IMG/VR virus record: IMGVR_UViG_3300021185_001220 | Location: 1 to 24,419 of that record | Direction: 5' to 3' (one strand) | Length of the DNA stretch: 24,419 nucleotides | Origin: a virus | Taxonomy: Duplodnaviria > Caudoviricetes | Part shown: positions 1-12,000 of the stretch, one piece after another | How positions within the stretch are numbered: position 1 is the stretch's first letter | Layout: each line of letters starts with the position of its first letter | Program-made: the position numbers and the translations under genes | Notes under the pieces: model-generated | The model's input: the letters and a program-made list of their open reading frames with translations, nothing else | Database searches by the model: none | What the model was told of the DNA's origin: nothing

Positions 1-3000
1 TAGGATCGTCAATTCTAATTGCTTTAGTTTGTCCAGAACGTTTTAGGTATACATTATATTGTATTCCGTCTTCTAATGGATTATCTAATTCTATAGCAAC
101 AGTAGTGCCATCTGCAAAGAATATTTCGTCTTGGAATTCGTTGTCATAACTATCCCAGGTATCTGATCCGTATTCGTCAGTCATCCAACCCGATGTACCT
201 TCAAAGCCAAAGCTCTTAACTTCAACACCACCATAGTCAATACCAGTCATTAATTGACTTAATTCTTTACCTAGCATTCCTGTAGTAGGATTATACAGAT
301 GATTTATTCTATCTTGTGCATTTAGTATTGACGATTCTTTTTCGTACTCTATACTAATTGCTGCTCCTAGTGCAGGTGTAGTTGTAAACTTTATTTGACC
401 TTTATGTCTTTTGTATGTATAATTATTATCTTCTATATTACTAAACGTATATTCGCTACGTAATAATATTTGACCGTTAATTGTAACTTTTACTTTGTTG
501 CGCTTTAAGTTCATTGGCCATTTAAGTGCAAATGTATCATTAATTGCTGTACCAGTAAATGTTTCTGTTTCTGGTAATTCAATTATAACATATTCGCCTG
601 ACACTCTATCAAACTTCATTTCTACATGCATACTTCTAACAACAGTTTCGCCAATTTGTGCTGATGCAATTGCTGTAGTAGATCCGTCTGCTTGTGATCC
701 TGATATAGTAATTGTTGGTGCGCTTGTATAACCTGATCCTGTATTAGTAACTACAATGTTAACAACTTTGCCAGCACCGATATATGCCCTTGCTGTAGCG
801 CCTGATCCGCCACCGCCAGCAATAGTTACTGTTGGTGGATATGTATATTTGCTTCCGCCATCATAGATGTTTATACCAATAACTTTAAATCCAAAGTTTT
901 CTTTCCAAGATTTATATGGATAATCATCAAAAAATTCATCTGCACCAATTAGTGTATCGTCTTTAATTTTAACTGACTTAGTTGTAATTTTACCTTTTGT
1001 AATATCAAAGTACGGAGGTAAATCAAAGTCACTAGTTTGTGTGTTGGTATTATCAACATTTTCATATGAACTTAGATATTCACGTACATTTGTTTTGTAA
1101 GGCTTAACTTCGTTTATATAATCATTATAACTATCTAAATTATCATTTTGATAATTAATTTTTTGTGTTAATGAGCCTACATTATGTTTTGCTTTTACAA
1201 AACTTGTCTTATACACCCAATCAACATTTTGTTGTTCTGATAATACATAGCGAATACTTGCAAAGAATAACTCCTGCCATTTGACAGCAAGATTATCAAC
1301 AAATATATCATTCTTTAATGCTGTTAATATTTGTCTAGCTTCTGTTACTGGTTCAGTATCAAAGAATCTGTTGTCATAGCCTAGTAAGTCATAGCCAATA
1401 GTGTTTTCAATAACATTGTAAATTTTAGAACTAATTTCAATTGTTCCATTTTCTCTACCAATAGTATCATAATCTATTGTATAATCAGTTGAATTTGTTT
1501 CTGCTGTACGTATTAGTAATAACCAACCACCGTTGCCAATATTATCAATTTTTACAATTTGACCTATTTTTGCATCAGTTGCACTTAGCTGATAACTTTC
1601 ATCAACTCTGTAATCAATCTTAGTAAACTGATTATATCCAGTAGCATACCAATCAGCATAATCCCAATACTCAGTAGTATCATAACTTTGTGATATTATT
1701 CTATCCCATATAGATGATGTAGTATTATATTCGTATATTGCCCATTTGTTATTTACTGTTGAATCATTTTCTATTAATACTGTTAGAGGCCTAACTTCTA
1801 TTCTTAAGTTTTCGTCATACCCGGCGCCGCCGTTAATAATGTTTACTTTATTAACTTGTCCTAGATTGTTAATTTCTATATTAAAGTCTAAACCAGAACC
1901 GTTACCAAATAGTTCAAAACTTGGCCCATGTCTAACTGTAGACGTTGTTGAATCATAAGTAGGATCAACATACCCTCTACCTGAATTTATTATTCGTATA
2001 TCTGTAACTGTGCCGCCATGTACTGATGCTTCAAGTTGTGCTGTTTTTATTTTATTAGTACCAACAAAGTCGAGCTCTTCCAATGTATCAAGTTTATAAT
2101 CATACTTTCTTTCAGTAACAAACGGTTGCACATCGACGCTATTAAGAGTTGTAAAACTAAAATCATCTACAATAATATTTTCTTTTAATGTTAGATTAGC
2201 TCTTTCAATAACCTGTTTAAATGCTTCTTGTTTGTTTACAAACCAACTTTGTCTTGGACTGTTTAGTGTACCATATTTTTCTGCTGGACTTAGCTCAGGA
2301 TTTGGAACTTGACGTCCTCTAGTATCATAACCTATTAAACTATCAATCCATTTTCTTTCTATATCTGCTTTAGGTACACTTGTTTCTAAACCTTCTGTAA
2401 CAAGTTGATATTCAAGGTGTGTATTTTGTTCTTGTGTATCTTGTGTATAGTAACTTACATGTAATGCAACTTCTTTATCGTTGAGTAAACTTTCGCTATT
2501 GTATAATACAAATCTATCATTACTTAATAATGCTACAAAACTATATCCTTGGCCCCTAGGGTTACCAATTAATCCTTCAACTTCAGACCCGCTAATTGAT
2601 CTTGTTTCATCTGCTGGTACTGTCTTTTTACTTTTTACCCAGAAATAGTATTTGTCACTAAATGTTTGCGATGCTGAATCATATGCAAGTTTTTGACTGT
2701 AAGCAGCATCACCGTATTTTGATAGACCGCTAATACCTTTTGCAAATCCTTCACTTGTGTCTGCAATCTTATCCCATTCACTTGGTATAATACTACTTTC
2801 TACCCATTCATAAACATCAGCGGAGTACCCTGGTATTAGTGTATTCCATTTGTTTGCTTGGTTAGTGATATCTTCTTGATAAGGATTAAAGAATCTAGCT
2901 GTGCTTATATCCCACCATAACTTACCTAAGTGCTGTTCTTCCCAATTATTTGTTTCACTAAAGTAATCAGGTAATGTTGTAACATTATAACGTGCAAAAT

Positions 3001-6000
3001 CAATATTAGATTTAAATGTTAATTCTTGTTCTGCTGGTCCTGCAATTTTACCTTGTACAGGATCAACATAATCTAAATATTTAATAAGTTTATTTGTTCT
3101 TGTATTGTATAAAAATGCTGATTTAATTTTCTTAACATCAACTACTTCATTTGGTGTTCTTAGTATTGTCCAAGGTTTAACATTTTGAGTAACTTGATAA
3201 TCAACAAAACTACCTGGATTTGTATCTTCAGTATAGTAATCATTTGGATCGCCTGGAACACCAACATACACATGGTTATCGTTAATTAAAACTTGCTCTC
3301 CAAATCTACTTGCTGTAAGTACAGTTAGGTCACCATCATAATCTAATTCTTCACCAAGTACAAATGCATCTGCAACTTTTTGGTAAAGTCTAATACTTCC
3401 GCTGTCTATTTTCTTATCTGGGAATGCTGTAAATGTATCGTCAAATGTTGTTATACCAGTATCAAATAATGTGTCAGTTGCTACATCACCGTTCCCGCTT
3501 GTAACAGCAATTATATCTTTTGAAACACTAACTTTTTCACCGAACTTTTCTGATGATGTTCCTGTTCCTGATAATGTTTGATGCATTTCAAATGTACCAT
3601 TAGACTTAGCATACACATAAACTTTACCTGTGTTGAATCCGTCAATATCACTTTCAGGATCTGCTATTGCTAATGTGTCGCCGTCTTCGCTAAGATCAAT
3701 ACTACTACCCCAGCCAGTGTTTGATAGAGGTGCAACAATAGTTTGATCTAAAACATATCTATCATCTAATATTCTATAAACAAGAACTTTATTATCTGCA
3801 TCAACAGATACATCAGTAACAATGCTAATTGCAAGTACTTGTCCATTATCGCTTACTGTAATTTGTTTAGTAAAGTCTGTAACGCTTTCGCCTAAGTCGT
3901 CAAACGCTGGGTCGTTAAATATATTAACAGCATTTGGTAAAGTTGGCAAATAGTTAACTTGACTATTAAGTAGTTTCCATTTCAATGTACTTGTTGGAGT
4001 AACACCTTTAACAAAAGTTAATGCTGAATATAATTGGTTACTATATAAAACAATTTCATCTGTTTTGTATGTTGCATCTGCACTGTAATCACCTCTGTAA
4101 TGAGGATTAATATCAAATGCAAAGTCGTATGTTTTACCGTACTTGTCAGTACCATGTTTTATAACTGTTAGGTTTTCTTTTGACCCAACATAGAATCTAT
4201 ACAAATCATTTTCTTGACTAATAGCAACTTGTTTACCTACATTACTATTTGTAGCACTGTCAGGTATTTCAAATGTACCTCTGTTGGTCCATGACGTTCC
4301 GACTCTGTTGTAGATAGTATACACACCTTGATTAGCCGGCTTACTAACTTGTGAACCAGTTGTAGTAACTGGTAAGTTATAAACTAATTGCCAGTCACTA
4401 TTTGATGTGCTTGGAATACTAGCCGGTGCTTCTGCTCCGGCTTCTGCTAATTCTTCTTTGTAAATCCAAAATTCTTTGTTTACATATGCAAAAGAATTTA
4501 AATCTCTAAACTGATCTAAACCACCATATGACTCTGGGTGTGCTGGGAATGTTGTACCTTTTTGTACTACAGCAAGTTTACCAGTGTTAAGCCCATATAA
4601 AGATACTTTATTAATTGGACCCATAATACGTAAGTTATCGTCTTGTCCTACACCTTCAACTGTTTTTAGTAATAGCCTATTACCTTGTGTAAACGATCCA
4701 GTGCCTGTAACATTTTTAAGATACACTCTGCCTTGGTCGCCGGCTCTTCTTATATAGTATGCTACTTTTGCTTCAGCACCAGTAATGTCATCCCTAATAA
4801 TGTCGCCAGTAACGGCGCCACCAATATTTACAATATTGCCATTTAAATCAGTAAACTCTTTACCTTCGTATGCTGGTTCAAAAAAGTCGCCTACATCTAC
4901 ATCTTGGTCTGATAACATAACAACATCAGCACCCTGTGTTTTTGTAAATGTAAAGTCAATATAGCCGTCCCACATATCAATAACAGTGTGTTCAAAATCA
5001 TTTATGTAAGATGCATCAAAACCTAGTAAACTAAAATCCGGAGCATCTGCTTGATCATCTATATATGTTCTAAATTTGTCTCCTGGAGCATTAATATCTC
5101 CCTCTAAACTTTTAGGTATTCTTACTAACCACCTATTGTCTAAGATACTTTGTACACCGTCAACGTCAACATTAATGTACGCCGCACCTCTGTGTGAAAG
5201 TACACTAACAAACCCAGGTTCATCAACACTCGGAAATAACGTGCTTGAAACATCATCTAAAACATTTTTATAAAAGTTTGGTGTTGTTCTTGCATATGTG
5301 TCTGTAAGTTCATCATATACTAGCACATCTTGATATATTAATCCGTATGCCGGTACACCAAAGTCTTTAGGATCTGTAAATTCGTCTGATGTTAGATAAT
5401 TTGTTCCTACATCTATGTACCACCAGCCGCCTATTGCTCCGGTTGTACCATTATAATTTGGCTGTGTGTATTCACCAATAGGTGTGCCATTAGCGTTACT
5501 AATTGTTCCAGTTGGTCCAAATACTCCATTAGTATCTTTAAGGTATACTACTAATTTAAAATCACGAGTAAATGCTTTATATACTGTTGCTGATCCGCCT
5601 GATGTTTCAATTACATCACCGTCTACTGGTGGATCAGTAAATGGTTCTACAAGTAACACTGAATCAACTTTTTCTACAATTACATGTTCGCCTGATATAA
5701 AGTTTGCTGTTGGTTCTGTATATTGCCCTGCAACATTTTGGCTATTAATACCATTTGGAAATAATTCAACCGATACAGAAGGACCTGTATTTCTATTAAA
5801 GTTAGTAAATGCGTTCCATTTAAGTACTAGTTTGTCTTGAGGCTTAGTACCTTTATACTGATCAAATGGTGCCGCTACTAAAATATGATTTGTTTGTGTG
5901 TTAGGAAGATACGCATTACCTTGTAAAACAAGTGTTAACAAACTACTATCACTTGAATTTTCAAAGTTTGCATAACTATCAAATGTACTAAATGCAACAC

Positions 6001-9000
6001 TTGCACTTTCAGCTGTGATTGGACGTTTTGCTTTCCAATAGTTTTCGTTGTATTTTACAATATCATTTGTAGCATACGCTGTAGTGTTTAAATAGCCTTG
6101 TTGGTAATTAGAAGCAACATCACTTGCTGTGCTTGAACCAACAATTAAGTATTTGCCGTCGGCACTAATATCAATATCTGCGCCAAATCTATGATCTGCA
6201 CTTACTGGATATATGTCAGTATCTAACTGAAGTGTTTCTTCAAACAATAAATCTCTTAGATTTGATCCTCTTTGATAAGTGTGTACTAGTCCGCTGTTGT
6301 TGTTAGCACTATGATCTCCAAGAACCATTCTAGTATTTGCAGTGTTTACTGACATAGACGAACCATACTCATACGTTGAAGTATTATCGTATTCTGATGG
6401 ATTGTTATAATGTTTCTTAGTAGAATAAACATTGTCTTTAATTGGAACAAGCCAATTAGAACTATTACCAACCCATATTTTTTGGTTCTTTAAAAGTTTT
6501 CCTTCTAGTGCATAGTTTGCATCTTTTACTGTAGAATACTTAACAGATCTAAGTACACTAACAAATGCGTCAACTGTTTCTTGGTCTTCAATAGATTGTT
6601 GCTCGCCTGCTACAACTTCAACTGAAGTAGCAAATGCCGATTCAACTACAAAAAATGCATCATTTGCTGTAAGTGTATTTTGTATACCAATAATGTCGCC
6701 TGGAACAAAGTTGTGGGCTTTATTAAATGTAAAGATACCACCCGGTGCAGATGTGCCGTCAATTTGATCTAGCCCTTCACCGAACCCTACAATTTTTACT
6801 ACTCTTAAGTCAGTAGTAACATGTTGTAATACGTCCCAGTCTGCATTTTCGCCAGTTACCCAAACATAATCATTTGCGCCAATAACATCTATATTAGCAG
6901 TAAGTATGTCTGTTTTATTTTTAATTCTATAACTAATATCGTCGTCAAATACATATCCTGCATCTTTTACAAACGGAATATAACTAGAAGTTATTGGAAA
7001 AGGTTTATGATTATAATCTTTTGGTTTTAAATAAACATCTTGCGGTGTTAACTTATATATCGTGTCAGTATCGTTAGCAGGTATACTATTCACTAATTCA
7101 ATTGGCTGTGGATTAGTTTTAATTTGTGATTCATCAAGTAAAAATTCAACACTAGAAAAGTTTTCAGTTGCTCCGTATCTTCCTACACGCAACGCCCACT
7201 CTTCGTAAAATTCTAAACTTTCTTTATCAGCACTTGCAAGAGCATCAAACAAATTAGTTAATGAATTAGCTGTTCCTTTGTCCTGTAGCATACCTTGATA
7301 AAATTTATATTGTGATACATCATCGTTAACAATATTTTCAAGATATTTTCTTTTTTGGTAACCAATTAAATGCTGTGCATGTTTTTGTTGTTCTATATCA
7401 AAGTTATCTGTATCTAAGTCATAAAAATCAGCAAACTGATTTATCTTATATTCAAAGTTTGGAATTAATTGTGCTTCAGGACGTTCATCTAAACGTTCCC
7501 ACTGATTGTCTATAAATTGTTCTGTTCCAGTAATATCAGTTGTTGCAACATAATAAAATTCTTTGTGCTTTACTAGTTTTCCAATTCCGTAATCTTTGTA
7601 TGATAACCAATCAGTAACTTCAGCAGCATCATAAACAAATCCTGGAATATTCAAACCACCTGTCCAGTTATCACTTCTGTAACCAGCAACTTTGATTCGT
7701 TCTTGTCTATACCCTGCTTCTTGGTCATATATTACATCACCAAATACAGTTTTGTTATCAAGTAAAATTATATGTTCTCTTTGTACTAACGGAAGTTTTA
7801 CACTAAAGATTCCATCTTCAGTATTTTTAACTGTTAGGCCAAACTCATTTTCACTATCTCTAGCAATGCTACTAAACGACTTTTCTAATTTTTGACCATC
7901 TGCTTTTAGTAAACTATAATCATAGAAAGTATCAAATATATCATCAACTACTACAAAAGGACGTTTAAATTTAAATTGTTGTGCGCCAGGCGATAATGTA
8001 ATTACTGTTCCTGCAGCCCAATTTTGTGTAGTCCAAAACATAAACTCTTTTACACTATATGTCCAGTCTTCAACTATACCAATATCTTTATTATAATAAT
8101 TGAATTCAAAACCTTGTGATTTTAAATATGCTTCGTAACCTAACAAAAAGTCAACAACATCTTGTGTTGTTCTTAATAGTGTACCATAGGAAATAGTTTT
8201 AACTCTATTTGTAAATTTTCTTCTAAGTACATTTGAACGTCCGCCAACTAACGGAAGCTCTGCTAGTTTAACCATTTTGTCAGTATCAAACGTTGTTGTG
8301 CTTACGTGACTATCTTTTACTCTATAGTAAAAACTATCAAATCTAACATTTTGTCCTTTGACATACTGTTTACCACTGTCCCAAACAACAAACGATTCTG
8401 ATATTCCGCCTATGTTAATTACAGGATCTCTTTGACTTATAATTGGTTCAAGATATTTAAATGTCGACGTTGCTTGATCATATCCCTTAACTACAAATCC
8501 ATTTGTATCTTTTTGTAATACAACACCACTGTAAGTTGCAATGTCAACAGGTACTGATGTGTTAAGGAATAGTTTATAATTTTCAGTTGGTACAAACACA
8601 TTACCATCATTTAATGGAGTTCTACTATCAAGCATTAATTTAAATTTACGCTTGTCTGTAAAACCGCCAACTTTTAATGCTAATCTGTTAGATAGTGTTT
8701 TTAATTCTGTTTGGTATTCGTTATAACTTGTGTTTATATCACTAACAATATAATTGTAAACAAGATTTACAAGACCGCTAGTTATAACTCTTTGATTGTC
8801 AGTATATGTATTTGGAAATACTAAATCTTTTAATCTAATAATTGAGTTTGTAGGAGTATAAACAAGATTACCTACTTTGTTTCTTTCCATTCTTGATAAA
8901 TCAAATCCTATACCCATTACTTTAGCAGGTTGATTTAATAACCAAGATGTAATTAACGCAAATGGATATTCGCTACTTCGTCTCCACGCACTTTCAGCAG

Positions 9001-12000
9001 GAGTGTGATCTCCAAAGGAGTAAGAATCTCTTGTTCTAACAGCAACAAAGTTTTGTGCATAGTTGCTATCTAAAGGACTTAATAAATTACCATTTTCATC
9101 TACTGGTATATGATTAGTTAGGTTTGGTCTTTTATATTTTTTGTTTACTTTTGCAGGAACATTTGGTTCTCTTATAATACCATTTTGTAAGTCTTCCCAA
9201 AGAACAAAGTTATTTTTTGTATATGGTGCTGCACCGTATTCTGTTTCCCACCAAGTTGGTTTAATTGTAAAGCCTAGCATTTCCCATGGATGGGTGTGTG
9301 GACGATCAGTATCGTATGCTTCGTTGTATACACCTCTCCAAAATCCTGGTAATGTTTTACCTGTTGGAGATACCATACTGTTATAATTGTACCTAAATGT
9401 ATCAGTATCTTTCCAGAAAGTATTTGAAGTATAATTAGGATCGCCTGCAATAACAGTCCATTGTACAAAATCTGAAACAAATGCATTATCAATGGCTTGT
9501 CTATTAAACCCTGTATCTCTATAATTGCCGCCTACATATTCATGAATATCAAATAATTCTTTATTATAAGATTGTTTTAAGTTATTGTATATTCTTCTTT
9601 CAAAATCTAATATTAAATTATCTCTAAAGTCGCCATATGCAACAGTAATACTTCCATCGTGTCCTTGTATAACTGTTTTTGGTGTTTGGTATGTAGTATC
9701 TAAATACATTTCTGGCTTGTATGCAGGGTACAATCCTAACTTAGTAGGAGTTGTAGGAACAAAACAGCCGTCAGTTGTATCGTACTCGTATATTTCTACT
9801 TCGTCACCTACAGCTAGTGTTGCTGAAATATTTACAAAACCTTCTGCTGTAAACACATAGTCTGTCCCGTGACATAATTCTTGATCATTAAGGTAAACTA
9901 ATACCGCCTTTTCAGTTAAGTTATTAAGACTAAACACTTTTGAAAGTCCAAAGAATGTACCTGTACTTGCTGTTACATTATGTAGTGTTCTTTTTGACGC
10001 ACCATGCGGTAACATGTCTGAGAAATAAAACGGCATGCCTTTTGTTTTTTGGCTGTTTATTTCTTCAAGAATTTTATCAACGTGTTCTTTGGTAGGTCCG
10101 TCATATCCTAAATTTTCTGCAACTTGTAAAAATACTCTTTTGTACTTTGCATATTCTAGTCTAGCATATTTTAACGCTTTTACAATATTTGCATTTTTGT
10201 CTGTTAGATGATAACTGGCTAAACTTATTGGTCCACTATGTTTTACAAATCGTGTGCCGTGTTTGCTTAGGTCACCTATATCTCTTAAGTTGCTTACACC
10301 TGGAAATACGTTTCCGTCATACTCAAATGTATTTTCAATAATTGTACTAACATGGTCATTAACTTCTGCTATTGTAAAGTCGCCTATGTTTTCATTCATA
10401 GGGTTACGTTCTAAGTTGTATGCTAGTTCATAGTAACCGTTTTCATTTTTATCTGTGTTACTATAACATCTTAATTCTACAACATCGTCTTTAGTTAGTG
10501 CTGTAGTAAATGTTACATATGCAATACTATTGATTCTATTAATAGTGTAATGGTCATTTTCTTTTTTAAACAAGTTGTTTACATAAACTTTTACAACTAG
10601 ATCATTTAAATCACCACTAGCATCAAATACATTAACAGCAAAGTCATTAGTATTAGTGTCTACAACATACTGTTGTATTATTGCTTGCTTACTTGGCTTA
10701 TGTGCTTTTATCCAACCATTTTCACTAACATATGTAGTTAGGTCTGTGTACTTTCTTAGATAACCTGTTTCGATATTAACTTTTATATTTTCATTATTTT
10801 CTTCATACACAAATGAATCTGTAACTAAAGGAAAGTTAAATTGTATATCGCCAAAGTTTTCAATTGCTCTGTACGATAACGGAAATCCTAATTCACTATC
10901 ATTTGTGCCAGTGCCTTGTTTATAGTTAAACAATGTTGTACCAGCAAAGTTTGAAGAATTGTAAGTAGAAAAACTATCATCATTATTATCGAATATATCA
11001 AATAACGGTGCTTGGTTTACTTTATCTTTTGCTTGTGCAAATTTCCATTCTGTTCCGTTAAAATAAAATAATTTGCCTCTATAAGTTGTGCCACCTTTAA
11101 CTAGTAATGTTTCATCTACTAACGGTGTAGAATCTGTATCTTCAATTAAACTAATTTGTCTAATATTATCAATTAGAATAAAATTAACTGTGTAAATTTT
11201 ACCTTTAACATTCCTATCAGTGTCTGCATTGAATATTACACGCATGCCATCAGCAAGTGATGTACCGTCAATATTATATCCGGTTGCATTTTCTACTGTA
11301 CTAAATGCATCAGTAGTTTTAAAATCAATTAGGTCAATATCATTTTTAGCACTAGTACCAAAATTAAATAATTTTAGTCCTGCATTAAATTCAATAATAG
11401 GTCTTGCTGCTCTAGAACTTTGATCTACTGTTGGAACTTGGCCATTGTATTCTGCAGACTTTTCAATTACATCTTTATGGAACCATTTATTATAACGTGT
11501 CCAAGCGTTTCTGTCAACACTTGCTCGATTAACAATAATATAATCTTTAGTTCCAGCATAAGCACTTGCATTACCAAATGGCAATCTATCAAAGCCTTCA
11601 CTATCAAATGGAACTAATTTGTCGCCAACGTAATTAGCAGGAATAACTAAATCACTTTCCTTAACTAACTTAATTCCGTCTCCAACACCTTCAATATACC
11701 ATTCGTCATTTTTGTAAATTTCAGGAGTAACATTACCTGCGAATTTAACTTTTAAACCATTACTGAATTTAACTTTATTAGAACTAGTATACGCTTTCTT
11801 TCCAATAATTTCATTAACATCAATTTTAGTGTTTTCTATTAGATCAAATACTTTAACATAACCACTAGTGTTAGCATTACTTTGACTTGTATAATAAAGT
11901 TGTTCTGGTGCGTTAAAAGGAACTGTAAAGGTAATAAATCCTTCTTCAACATTTACAGGATTAATTTCGTTACCGTCTAAGTCTGTTGCTGTAATGCCTT

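Noticed and set aside
9274-9492. 72-aa minus-strand ORF
   Set aside because: It is an alternative frame nested inside the giant gene, whose own frame gives a Trp-rich, protein-like sequence here.
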